Virus record (IMG/VR): IMGVR_UViG_3300008448_000004
Coordinates: 32,001-96,000 of that record
Strand: one strand, 5' to 3'
Length of the DNA stretch: 64,000 nucleotides
From: a virus
The position numbers and the translations under genes are program-made. The notes under the pieces were generated by a model. The model saw only the letters and a program-made list of their open reading frames with translations. It had not been told where the DNA came from and did not search any database. Shown piece after piece: positions 27,484-36,369 of the stretch (within the stretch, counting starts at the first letter, position 1; each line of letters starts with the position of its first letter).

Positions 27484-28332
27484 TTAAGCACGGGAGTAGG
27501 TTACTTGCTCCCGTGTGATGTTGAATGCGAGTCTTTCGCCAGCAGTTCCGAGACGGTTCTTACTGAACTCCATTATGCAACGATTCTCTTCTCTATCGCG
27601 AGACATTTCGAGCATTGCGGAAGTCATATGCTTAAGACGGTTGCTTCCTAAGAAGTCTCCGTTCTTAGTTACTTGCTGAATAATCAGGAAGCAGGTATAT
27701 AGGCTAGCTTGGTTGTAGCCTTCGTTATGCTTTTCCATAAGATCTAAAATCCAGCTCTCAGCTTGAGACTTAGACATTCCGGAGTAATCCTGAACGGTAC
27801 GGCACACCTCAGCCCAAGAGTCTATGAGCACAAGATCGTAACCGTTCTGCAAGATTCGTTCGATAGCTACAACAGGATTCGTCTTAGCATAGTCGGCCAG
27901 GAATAGGATATCCAGGTCAGCGAAAGCAGGGAAACGTTTACAGTAGCGGAACATATCTATTCGGCCCATCTCTCCGGAGATGAATAGAACTTTCTTACCA
28001 GATCGCTTCGCACGATCTACAAAGTCAAGACCTACAGTCGACTTACCTACACCGGGACTACCGATAAGGATTACGTTTGTAGCGGGCATAAAGCCGCCTT
28101 CGGAGGAAATAAACTGGTCAAGATTCTTATTACCAGTTCTGATTGGAGAGAAGATTTGCTGATCAAAATTTAGATCTTTAATCCTAACGGTGTTTACATC
28201 GAAGGTACCGTAGTTAGTTTCCATTTTAGGAACTGAAGGATTGTTGCTGATTAGTCCGAGAGTCTTTGCTCGAACATAACCTACCATCTTACCCGTAGCA
28301 GGGTTCAGGAATTTTTGTTGTGTTAGATTCAT
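27484..28332 (-). CDS. RadA/Sms-like RecA-family ATPase (no Zn finger or Lon domain)
   Basis: Walker A GSPGVGKST, FISGEM, LIDS, QQVTKNGDFLGSNRLKHM (cf. RadA HVTKEG.IAGPR.LEHM), SKNRLG. Confidence 0.75.
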   Translation of the reverse strand: MNLTQQKFLNPATGKMVGYVRAKTLGLISNNPSVPKMETNYGTFDVNTVRIKDLNFDQQIFSPIRTGNKNLDQFISSEGGFMPATNVILIGSPGVGKSTVGLDFVDRAKRSGKKVLFISGEMGRIDMFRYCKRFPAFADLDILFLADYAKTNPVVAIERILQNGYDLVLIDSWAEVCRTVQDYSGMSKSQAESWILDLMEKHNEGYNQASLYTCFLIIQQVTKNGDFLGSNRLKHMTSAMLEMSRDREENRCIMEFSKNRLGTAGERLAFNITREQVTYSRA

Positions 28333-28366
28333 AACCTATTATTGTTTTACTTTTGACTGATATAAC

Positions 28367-28398
28367 TAAAGATAGATACTTTTTTTCAGACTAGCAAC
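28367..28398 (-). promoter_or_regulatory. Bacteroidota sigma70-type promoter
   Basis: GTTGCTAGTCTGAAAAAAAAGTATC..TATCTTTA. Confidence 0.85.
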
Positions 28399-28446
28399 TT
28401 TTTGTTGATCTTTTTTTTCTATCTTTTGCTTTCTCATTAATATACC

Positions 28447-28478
28447 GAAAGATAGGAACTATTTTTCAGACTAGCAAC
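28447..28478 (-). promoter_or_regulatory. Bacteroidota sigma70-type promoter (tandem, 80 bp upstream of the previous one)
   Basis: GTTGCTAGTCTGAAAAATAGTTCC TATCTTTC. Confidence 0.8.
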
Positions 28479-28496
28479 TTTTTTTCAAACAAAAAA

Positions 28497-28550
28497 TAAC
28501 CCACTGAGAATCAATGAGTTATACCTAACTACTTGAGAATCAATGAGTTA
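28497..28550 (-). repeat. Pair of 25-bp palindromes plus T-run
   Basis: TAACTCATTGATTCTCAAGTAGTTA GGTA TAACTCATTGATTCTCAGTGGGTTATTTTTT; the first TAA is the stop of the 28548-28838 ORF. Confidence 0.85.
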
Positions 28551-28838
28551 TGATTTCTTAAATTTTCCCTTGGTTTGAGGGCCAAATTCTTCAACCGATA
28601 TAGGTCCGTATGGGAACTTTTTTAGGTCGTATGTCCATCGACTATCTACGTTTCCTTCTTCGTCTTTGTATAGGACTACAAACTTTGTTTCTTTCTGAAA
28701 CTTTTCTTCTTTGGCTTCTCGAGGACCTCTTCTACTAGCTAGTACCTGTTCTACTTTTTGAGATATATCTTGCTCGGGGAGAGCATTATTGGTTTTGCCG
28801 TAGAGTTGTTTTTTCTTTTCCTTACTTGCCTTTGACAT
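28548..28838 (-). CDS. Hypothetical protein
   Basis: 96 aa; RWTYDLKKFPYGPISVEE. Confidence 0.65.
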   Translation of the reverse strand: MSKASKEKKKQLYGKTNNALPEQDISQKVEQVLASRRGPREAKEEKFQKETKFVVLYKDEEGNVDSRWTYDLKKFPYGPISVEEFGPQTKGKFKKS

Positions 28839-29163
28839 TCTTTGCTCCCTTTACTGCTGGTTTTTTAGTGCTCTTGTTCGCCGGAGCTTTCTTTGCAGTA
28901 GATTTCTTTTCAGATTTGATAGCAGGTAATGCGCTTGCACCTGCAGTCGGAGTGACTACCGGGAAGTTAGTCATTTCAAAATCGATCTTGTCAGATTCAA
29001 CGGGGAGGATTTCTTCGGCAACAGCTTCTTTGTTTCCTGTAAACCAGCTCTTAAGTTTTTTTAAAAGGCTCATTGTGTTTTGTTTTGCGTTTTGGATTGT
29101 GAAATTGTTTATGATAAAAATACTATACTCTTCTTCGGTAAATGGTCTTTTAAGGAGTCCCAT
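28822..29163 (-). CDS. Hypothetical protein with Lys/Ala-rich histone-like tail
   Basis: C-terminal KKSTAKKAPANKSTKKPAVKG; start may be MSLLKK. Confidence 0.6.
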   Translation of the reverse strand: MGLLKRPFTEEEYSIFIINNFTIQNAKQNTMSLLKKLKSWFTGNKEAVAEEILPVESDKIDFEMTNFPVVTPTAGASALPAIKSEKKSTAKKAPANKSTKKPAVKGAKNVKGK

Positions 29164-29252
29164 TTCTTTTATCTAGTTTGTTATAAATAGTTTGTTTTTT
29201 ACTACCAAGCTCTTTTAATTTAGCGAATCTACTGTCCGCTTTTAAGATCTTA

Positions 29253-29462
29253 TTAGCTACTTTCTCTAACGCTTTTCTCTTTAGGGAGTCTTTCTTTTCT
29301 TCTTTCATCTACTAGTCTTTGAATTGCTGGTGTTAAATATCTGTTCCATGGGTTGGTATCTAACTCTACCTTTACTCTCGGTAACCTTGGATATTTAATC
29401 TTGTCTTGAAACCTTTCTTTGTAACCTGCTATTTTATTAGTTTGCATAAGCTGATCTTTCAC
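29253..29462 (-). CDS. Hypothetical protein
   Basis: 69 aa ORF. Confidence 0.5.
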   Translation of the reverse strand: MKDQLMQTNKIAGYKERFQDKIKYPRLPRVKVELDTNPWNRYLTPAIQRLVDERRKERLPKEKSVRESS

Positions 29463-29697
29463 ATAGAATTGATTTCCACTCTTTACAGGTTCCGATTATG
29501 GCTGTAATGCTATGCGGTATAGCTTCTTTATCTAACAGCCTAAGTATCAGAGTCTGCATAGTCTTTCTCCTATCAACATGAAGTAGAGGATCAATTCCAG
29601 CTGGCACATACCTGTCAACAAGCTCACTGACTATTAGTTCAGTATCCTTATCTACTTTCATTTTAACCAAATTAGGCTTTTTTTGGCTTTTCAACAA
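29437..29697 (-). CDS. Hypothetical protein
   Basis: 86 aa ORF. Confidence 0.5.
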   Translation of the reverse strand: MLKSQKKPNLVKMKVDKDTELIVSELVDRYVPAGIDPLLHVDRRKTMQTLILRLLDKEAIPHSITAIIGTCKEWKSILCERSAYAN

Positions 29698-29992
29698 CTT
29701 GTTCTAGCTCCTTAATTAATCCTTGAATCTGGCTACACCTTTCATACATTTCATTTTCACTAAAAACTTCTAAGCATTTTGTTAGAGCAAAGCTCCATTG
29801 ATCTTTTTCAAGTTTAAACTTATATACGTTCAAAGGATCCTCTCTAAGCTGTACATCAAATACATTTACTGTCTTATACTTTTTAGTCATCCCTCTTTTT
29901 ATAGAAGCATATATTACTTCTGTTATCTCTAAGTCATTAGATTCTAACTTAGCTTTAAATTCACTCAAGGTACTTACAGCTATTTGTTTCAT
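29672..29992 (-). CDS. Hypothetical protein with UVR-like C-terminal motif
   Basis: ENEMYERCSQIQGL; paralog of 32986-33369. Confidence 0.6.
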   Translation of the reverse strand: MKQIAVSTLSEFKAKLESNDLEITEVIYASIKRGMTKKYKTVNVFDVQLREDPLNVYKFKLEKDQWSFALTKCLEVFSENEMYERCSQIQGLIKELEQVVEKPKKA

Positions 29993-29996
29993 TTAA

Positions 29997-31013
29997 TTAT
30001 TTTAATTGTTCAAGGATACTTGTCATATACTTCAACCAAGGCTCTTTAATAAATAGCTCCCTAGCAGTAGTATAAGCCTGTTTACTGCAGTACGCCCAAT
30101 ACTCCTCGTCTGCCCATAAATCGTAAGCTTTGTTACTTCCGGCGGGTACATCGTCTGCAGCGACACTTAGTTCTGGATGGCATAAACGTTGAGTGTCAAC
30201 TTGTTCGTTACCTATTACTGGTATTCCTAGGTATGCACAGTTGAGGGAAAAGGTTCCAGCTGCAACTGTAGGCATCATATGAACTCCTATTTTAAAGGTA
30301 GAAAGTTCTTTCATCCAATCTATCCACGACAGATAGGGAAGGTGTTTAACTAGGATTTCTTCTCCAGGTCTTTTATTGTGCATAGAAGGTACCCAAGCCT
30401 CGTATCCTTTGTCAATTAAGTACTTAGATACTTTGTAGCTTTTCATACCTCCATACCACCTACAGAAGTTTCCTCCTATTATGAGCTTCTTCTCACGAAT
30501 AGGAACTTTATCGACAATCTGTTTTACACTGTCTTCTATGAGGAGAGTTCTCATAACAGCTACTTGTTTACCGTAGACCGAGTAGTATGCCTTGTCTGCT
30601 TCATTGTGGCAGAAAATAGCATCACTTTGATCTAATATAATCTCATGGTATATTTGTTCTGTTAGACTGTAGTCTTCCGGGAACCAACTTGGCCCTTCTT
30701 GAACGAAACATACTTTACCGTTCTGGCTCTTAAGTGTTGGAATAATTTTGTCTAGAGTTCCACTACTGCAGAACATATTATACAACCTAGGCGGCTGTGT
30801 ATTAGACAGTGTTAGCCCTTCAGCATTTAACTCAACATTTCCTTTAGGCCAGATTATAAAGACAAAATCAAACCCGGAGACGCTTTTGTAATTAAAGAGA
30901 GAGAAGTGTTCTGCGTCTAAGGCATGCATCCAGGCAAACTCAGTTCGCATATTAGGGTAGTTTGCAGGAATCTTACCTGTCATGCCCATTTCGGTTAGGA
31001 AAGCAATTTTCAT
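29997..31013 (-). CDS. Glycosyltransferase-like protein (GT-B type)
   Basis: C-terminal ..GTFSLNCAYLGIPVIG.. nucleotide-sugar binding segment; context. Confidence 0.6.
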   Translation of the reverse strand: MKIAFLTEMGMTGKIPANYPNMRTEFAWMHALDAEHFSLFNYKSVSGFDFVFIIWPKGNVELNAEGLTLSNTQPPRLYNMFCSSGTLDKIIPTLKSQNGKVCFVQEGPSWFPEDYSLTEQIYHEIILDQSDAIFCHNEADKAYYSVYGKQVAVMRTLLIEDSVKQIVDKVPIREKKLIIGGNFCRWYGGMKSYKVSKYLIDKGYEAWVPSMHNKRPGEEILVKHLPYLSWIDWMKELSTFKIGVHMMPTVAAGTFSLNCAYLGIPVIGNEQVDTQRLCHPELSVAADDVPAGSNKAYDLWADEEYWAYCSKQAYTTARELFIKEPWLKYMTSILEQLK

Positions 31014-31943
31014 TTATACAACCTGTTTCGTGATCAAATATTCGTATGTATGTTTAACTGCAGCTTCAAACGGTGTTAGTTTGAAATTAGGGAATACTTG
31101 TTTTAATTTTTCGTTACTAGCATCTTTTCTGTACTGCCCATCTAAATCTCCGGAGTATCTAATTTCAAAATGTTCTAATCCTAAAGCTTTTAACGTAGCT
31201 AATGTTAGTTCGTTTATAGATAAAACTTCCGAGGGGCATACGTTAAGGTTAGTATAGGTGTTAGTCTCTATCATCTCTACTATTAGCCTAGCTAAATCTT
31301 TTGCATACATAAACTGTCTAAGAGGCTTACCTGTTCCTAGTAATTCAATATAAGACCTGCCTTCTTTTTGAGCAACTATAATTTTTTTCAACAAAGCGCT
31401 TACAAAATGACTTCCTTTATCGTCGTACTTATCGTATTCGCCGAAAAGGTTACACGGTGTAAGGTAGCAGTAATTACTGTTGTTATTCGTAGCATTGATT
31501 ACATCTACGTGGACTCCCATAACCCTCTTTGCATATCCGTATCCGTAGTTGGTAGGAGTCGGAGGTCCGAAATGTAGATCTTCTTCTTTCATAGGGTATT
31601 GAAACTCTTCTATACGGTCAAAGTTATCCGGGAATACACAAGTACTGAGAGCTGTGATAAAATTGTTTACTTTAAATTCTCGACAAGCTCTGACAATGTT
31701 AAAGTTCATCATTAAGTTATCTTCGAAATAAACCAGCGGTCTTTCAATATTATCTCGAATACCTCCCACTACTGCAGCTAAGTGTATTACAATTTCCGGC
31801 TTGTACGACTGTACGTAGCTGTAAGTATGAGAAGGATTTAATAAATTAAGCTGATGTGAGGAGGGGTAATCTGCTTGTGGGAGTAGTTCTCTTAAGTACT
31901 TACCTACCATACCACTTCCGCCTGTAACTAGTATTCTTTTCAT
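31014..31943 (-). CDS. fcl: GDP-4-keto-deoxysugar epimerase/reductase (Fcl/ColC-like)
   Basis: GGSGMVG, HLAAVVGGI, STCVFP (catalytic Cys), YGYAKR (YxxxK), SHFV (catalytic His), GTGKPLRQF. Confidence 0.88.
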   Translation of the reverse strand: MKRILVTGGSGMVGKYLRELLPQADYPSSHQLNLLNPSHTYSYVQSYKPEIVIHLAAVVGGIRDNIERPLVYFEDNLMMNFNIVRACREFKVNNFITALSTCVFPDNFDRIEEFQYPMKEEDLHFGPPTPTNYGYGYAKRVMGVHVDVINATNNNSNYCYLTPCNLFGEYDKYDDKGSHFVSALLKKIIVAQKEGRSYIELLGTGKPLRQFMYAKDLARLIVEMIETNTYTNLNVCPSEVLSINELTLATLKALGLEHFEIRYSGDLDGQYRKDASNEKLKQVFPNFKLTPFEAAVKHTYEYLITKQVV

Positions 31944-31945
31944 AT

Positions 31946-32575
31946 TTAGTATCTTGATATAAATTCAGATCCATCTCGATCAGGATCTGCTGTATATTGA
32001 TTAATCCTATCTAAAACATCTCTATCTAAATCCCAATCTACGGGAACTGTTTTATGCTTAGCTGCTCCAAAATCTTCTAGAAGTCTCTGCTCTCGACTTG
32101 TAAATATATCTCCTACGTGAAGATAGTAGCAATTGTAGCAAAGTAATTCTAAATTCTCCAATCGCCAATCACTCTTAATACCGCTCTTAAAATTTAAAAG
32201 CAAAGGTACTTTAAAGTCTATAACTCTCTTTTCGTTAAAGCCACATTTACAACATTCATTAGATAGGTATCCCTCTACTAGTAGTCGATGCTTTAGCTTA
32301 TTAATATTGTAGGACTCTATACTCATACCTTCCTGAAGTAATTTATGAAGGTGAGGTTCTTTAGAAAGAGAGTTAAATTTAGGAATACCTTTACCGGCTT
32401 TATTCTTATGAAGATCAAATAAAGTTAATCCAGATTTTTCATCTCTATACAATTTAGAGTAAAGTCTATAGGTAGGAAAAGAAACATTCAAGAATCTTGC
32501 TGCACCGCGATTACTTTGAGTACGAGACATTGCGTACCTGATCTGCTGTTCAGTCAAAAGTACTGCTTTCGGCAT
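31946..32575 (-). CDS. HTH plus degenerate HNH/zinc-finger protein
   Basis: N-terminal HTH-like helices, CCKCG..LENLELLCYNC, but LLLNFKSG where HNH enzymes have L..DH..G. Confidence 0.65.
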   Translation of the reverse strand: MPKAVLLTEQQIRYAMSRTQSNRGAARFLNVSFPTYRLYSKLYRDEKSGLTLFDLHKNKAGKGIPKFNSLSKEPHLHKLLQEGMSIESYNINKLKHRLLVEGYLSNECCKCGFNEKRVIDFKVPLLLNFKSGIKSDWRLENLELLCYNCYYLHVGDIFTSREQRLLEDFGAAKHKTVPVDWDLDRDVLDRINQYTADPDRDGSEFISRY

Positions 32576-32576
32576 A

Positions 32577-32996
32577 TCACTTTTCTAATTTAGGATTGAC
32601 TCTTAACATCAGGTTCCATAGATCGAGAGGAGTCTCTAGAGTAATCTCGTTTCCGTCCGTACCTATTAATGTGTTTAAGCTCTGGTCTGGGTTTGTTCTC
32701 TCCCAGAGATAAAATGTTATTAATTCAAAGCATTCTTTTCCATATTTAGCTAGTAGTAGCATATCTATAATTTCAAGAAAGCCTTCATCGTAGGTTCCGA
32801 AATCTACTTTTAAATCTGCATATAGTAGAGTGCTGCGGGTTGATACAGCTTCTAAGTGTTGTATTACTTGCAGGAAAAGTTCTCTTTGTTTATCAAATTC
32901 TTTCTTCGTTCTGCGCTTTAAGTTGGAATTTACATTCAAAATTTGATCTACTGCTTGTCTAACTATCTCTAACCCTTTTTGTTCATTACTGTCCAT
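32577..32996 (-). CDS. Hypothetical protein
   Basis: 139 aa ORF. Confidence 0.7.
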   Translation of the reverse strand: MDSNEQKGLEIVRQAVDQILNVNSNLKRRTKKEFDKQRELFLQVIQHLEAVSTRSTLLYADLKVDFGTYDEGFLEIIDMLLLAKYGKECFELITFYLWERTNPDQSLNTLIGTDGNEITLETPLDLWNLMLRVNPKLEK

Positions 32997-33369
32997 TCCT
33001 TTTACTTTTAGAACTTTTATTTCGGATTGTTGTAGGTATCTTATTGTACTGGTCTAGCTTTGAAAGTACTTCTTTTATCTCTATACATTTCTCAAAATCT
33101 TCTTCATCTGTATAGTACTCCATGCATGCATTTAAAGCATTCTTCCAAAACTTATAAGGTATTTCAATACAGTACCCGGAGTTATTAACCTCCATTATGG
33201 TTGCATCTTGCTTATTAGTCTCAATAGCTCTCTGTATACCTTTAGGAGTTTCTTTACGTACCAAGTCTAAAATTGGTTCATACTCCATTAACTCTTCTAC
33301 ACTAATCCCTTTTAGTGGAGTTATAACCAAGTTAGGTACTTTATTATTTAGCCCTACTCTTTTTTTCAT
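32986..33369 (-). CDS. Hypothetical protein with UVR-like motif
   Basis: EEDFEKCIEIKEVL; paralog of 29672-29992. Confidence 0.6.
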   Translation of the reverse strand: MKKRVGLNNKVPNLVITPLKGISVEELMEYEPILDLVRKETPKGIQRAIETNKQDATIMEVNNSGYCIEIPYKFWKNALNACMEYYTDEEDFEKCIEIKEVLSKLDQYNKIPTTIRNKSSKSKRNGQ

Positions 33370-33370
33370 A

Positions 33371-33700
33371 TTAAGCTCCTTTAATGACTCTGTTCATTAC
33401 AAAGTTAGCGATCGAGGCTAAAGGTAGCATAAAACCGATAACCGTTGGATCTTGAACTTCAGTGTCTCTATCTATTTGCAATCCCTGCTCGGCAAATTTC
33501 TTCTGTAGAATTACAGCTATCTTATTTGCTAGATCATTTAGCTTTCTAATATCTAACTGCTGCTCTGATTGAGGGTAGAATCTAATCTTAACTCCTCTCT
33601 TAGTTTCGTTGATATTAGTATCAAATTGAACTGCGAAAGATACTCCTTCGAGTTTAACTTTATACTGCGGTTTTGGAATTATAGCGGCTTCTTTAATCAT
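33371..33700 (-). CDS. Hypothetical protein
   Basis: Probable start MIKEAA (33700), preceded by an ATATTTAT motif. Confidence 0.65.
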   Translation of the reverse strand: MIKEAAIIPKPQYKVKLEGVSFAVQFDTNINETKRGVKIRFYPQSEQQLDIRKLNDLANKIAVILQKKFAEQGLQIDRDTEVQDPTVIGFMLPLASIANFVMNRVIKGA

Positions 33701-33717
33701 CGTTTTATAATAAATAT

Positions 33718-34932
33718 CTAGAAAATATTTTTGAACCAAGGTTGAATCATTTCTCGAGAATCAAGACTATCTACTCTTATGATAAATCTATCCCAATTAT
33801 AAACTCCGGGTTCTGCGGTTTGTTCAATTACAAAGGGTATATTCTGAATAAAATCAGTATAGTGTCTAGGGGTGAAAGAAGTTCCGTCGAATAGTATCGT
33901 TATAGCTGTTTTAGGAAGTCCGCTGCCAAGTTCGTGAAACTTACCGCTTAGATCAAACAAAGTCTTTTTTTGTTCAGAGACTAAATACTCCTCGTATGAG
34001 CAATCCACCCACATTTCATCACACCACGGTTCTAATAAATATATAAGCTCTTGATCACAGTTGGTAATTATAAAAGCAGTTTCATACCTCTTAGTTACAA
34101 TAGGGAGCAACTCTTCGTTATGTAGGACATTAATCTTCCACTTCCTCCACCACTCTCTAAATTTATTCTTTCTAAGCTGAGTATACTCTTCCGAGTCTTC
34201 TGGTTTAAGCCATACGTTTCCTTCTCCTAGATTTATTTTATTCTGTATCTTTACTCCATCTTTAAACCTACTTCCTCTACAAGTCATATGGTACACAAAA
34301 GCATCTCTAGCTTGTACAAATTTATATCCGGCTAAAAACATCCTATTAAAGAGATCCGAGTCTTCAAGCTCCATTGGAGCAAATAACTTATCATGACCTC
34401 CTATTTTTATAAAATCTTCTTTATACATAATCCACGGAGCAAAAACACCTTCGGTTATCCTTCCTTGCTCTTGCTCTGAAGTTTGTTTGGCAAAAACTTC
34501 AAACTCCTCGAATTTAAAATCTTCTGGTTCTAGTCCGAAATCCTTTACTATCTTTTCAGGTCCCGGTGGATGGAGGGGAGGTTCTATCCTAGTTAAAGAA
34601 ACAACAGTGCCTGGCTTTACATGCTTAGTAGCATTAATATAAGTTTCAGACATTACCATATCGGCATGAAATATAGCAAAGACTTCGTTAGAGCAAAGCT
34701 TAACTCCTTGATCATATAACACAGTATGTCCTACTCTCTCTTCTTCAAAGTTTCTATAAATCTCTACATTAGGATCTCTAGTCCTTATAACTTGTAGCCA
34801 CTCCCAGGTACCGTCTGTTGAAGCATCGTCTAGTAGTACTATCTGGCTGCTCCAATATTTTCGAATGCTATGATAGGCTTGTTTTAAATACTTAAGGTTA
34901 TTCCTACTTGGTATAATAAAGCTTATGTCCAT
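33718..34932 (-). CDS. GT2-family glycosyltransferase
   Basis: SFIIPSRN, LDDASTDGT, HADM, GGHD..F...ED. Confidence 0.88.
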   Translation of the reverse strand: MDISFIIPSRNNLKYLKQAYHSIRKYWSSQIVLLDDASTDGTWEWLQVIRTRDPNVEIYRNFEEERVGHTVLYDQGVKLCSNEVFAIFHADMVMSETYINATKHVKPGTVVSLTRIEPPLHPPGPEKIVKDFGLEPEDFKFEEFEVFAKQTSEQEQGRITEGVFAPWIMYKEDFIKIGGHDKLFAPMELEDSDLFNRMFLAGYKFVQARDAFVYHMTCRGSRFKDGVKIQNKINLGEGNVWLKPEDSEEYTQLRKNKFREWWRKWKINVLHNEELLPIVTKRYETAFIITNCDQELIYLLEPWCDEMWVDCSYEEYLVSEQKKTLFDLSGKFHELGSGLPKTAITILFDGTSFTPRHYTDFIQNIPFVIEQTAEPGVYNWDRFIIRVDSLDSREMIQPWFKNIF

Positions 34933-34936
34933 ATAT

Positions 34937-34968
34937 TAAAGATATACTATTTTATTCTTATAACCAAC
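34937..34968 (-). promoter_or_regulatory. Bacteroidota sigma70-type promoter
   Basis: GTTG-N20-TATCTTTA. Confidence 0.65.
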
Positions 34969-35750
34969 TATATCACTATCCAATCAGAGCAGTAAATATC
35001 TCTAGTATCCCAACTTGCATATGCTGGTCCAAACCATTTCTTAGGTGCTACAACAATCTTATTCTTATTCTCATTTAACCATGCTGCCCACCAGCTAAAT
35101 GTTGAGTTAACTATTATGTTATGGGTACAGCAGCTCATTAAAAGCAGGTCATCTGAGTCTTTATTTCCTTCTACAAAGAAGAAATTATCTCCTTGGAAAG
35201 TATACTTACACCACTCTATATCATCTGAGAAGATTAGATATTTTGTATCAGCAGGCATATTGCTCATTGCTTGATAATAGTATTCTAAAGGCTGAATAGG
35301 GTGGTGTTGCTGCCTGCTTAGGTAGTCTCCTCTTCTTACGTGTAGGGAGCATAGAGTCATACCTTCGTAATGCTTAAAAAGCTGCAGAGCTTCTTCTTTC
35401 TTAGTAGGTGTAAATAAATCTCTTATAAACTGCTCACAGTGTTTAAAGTATTTTTCACTTTGGAAATAACCGTCTAGCAGTATACTATTTTCGTAAACAG
35501 GTATTTCCTCATAATTAAAACTAGGTTCTTTATATCTTTGAAATTCTTGCAGAGGTAGGTTTACTGGGATTATTTTCTCGAAAAGATCTTCTCTATAAGT
35601 GTTAAAAGAATTATGTACAGGAAAAGTATCTTGTAGGGTTATTATAGGAGTATGTCCATTTTTAAGAGCATACCCGTATACAGCTGCTATCTGAAACATA
35701 AAGTTTCCTAATCCTCCTACTAGCTTAGTCGTTACTATTTTACTTGTCAT
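34968..35750 (-). CDS. GT11 alpha-1,2-fucosyltransferase-like
   Basis: GGLGNFMFQ, GYFQSEKYF, HVRRGDY, FSDDIEWC, NSTFSWWAAWL. Confidence 0.93.
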   Translation of the reverse strand: MTSKIVTTKLVGGLGNFMFQIAAVYGYALKNGHTPIITLQDTFPVHNSFNTYREDLFEKIIPVNLPLQEFQRYKEPSFNYEEIPVYENSILLDGYFQSEKYFKHCEQFIRDLFTPTKKEEALQLFKHYEGMTLCSLHVRRGDYLSRQQHHPIQPLEYYYQAMSNMPADTKYLIFSDDIEWCKYTFQGDNFFFVEGNKDSDDLLLMSCCTHNIIVNSTFSWWAAWLNENKNKIVVAPKKWFGPAYASWDTRDIYCSDWIVI

Positions 35751-36369
35751 AGTTTTTATTTTCCCAACATTCCCATATAAACTCGTATTCGTATCTTAGT
35801 TTAAATCCAAGAGATGTTAAACCTTGTTGTATTAAGTTTCTCCTTTCAGTACAGTTCTCTATAAAGCTATGAAACTGTACTTGTACAAATCTAAATCTTT
35901 TTAGAATATCACTTTGTATCCATTTTTCAAAAAGAGGATATTCTTCTCCTTCTATATTAACCTGTATTAGGTCGACTCTACCTATGTTGTACTTCTCTAA
36001 AAGAGCTTCTAAAGTTATACATTGAACATCATACTCTACTCCGAAAGAGCTATACGCTGTAGATGCATCTCCTGATGCATACAGTTTTATTACTTTAGGC
36101 TCGGTGCTTATTGCGATATTCTCTACAGAAATCTTTTCTTCGTAGTTTGGTATATTTGTAGTAAGTCTAGATACCATTCTGTTGTAAAAGCTAGGTATTG
36201 GCTCTACTGCTACAACTCTACAGTTATATCTTCGTACTATATTCTCTGTCCATAGCCCTTCGTATCCGCCTAACTCTAGAACTATAGAATTCTCAGTTAG
36301 AGGATAATCTAAGATGTGAGTATTGTCGCCATCACCCTTATTCCATTTCTTATGTGCTTCTGTTAACAT
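35740..36369 (-). CDS. FkbM-family SAM-dependent methyltransferase
   Basis: VLELGGYEG, VAVEP, INIEGEE equivalent (QVNIEGEEY), QVQFH. Confidence 0.8.
   Translation of the reverse strand: MLTEAHKKWNKGDGDNTHILDYPLTENSIVLELGGYEGLWTENIVRRYNCRVVAVEPIPSFYNRMVSRLTTNIPNYEEKISVENIAISTEPKVIKLYASGDASTAYSSFGVEYDVQCITLEALLEKYNIGRVDLIQVNIEGEEYPLFEKWIQSDILKRFRFVQVQFHSFIENCTERRNLIQQGLTSLGFKLRYEYEFIWECWENKNYDK

Noticed and set aside
10252-28550. CRISPR array or integron attC interpretation of the TAACTCATTG repeats
   Set aside because: There are only two units per site with 0-4 nt between them (no spacers), no cas genes, no GTTRRRY core at the distal end and no integron integrase in the window
31946-32575. 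Active homing endonuclease / mobile element
   Set aside because: The catalytic His of the HNH motif is absent and no intron or intein context is visible
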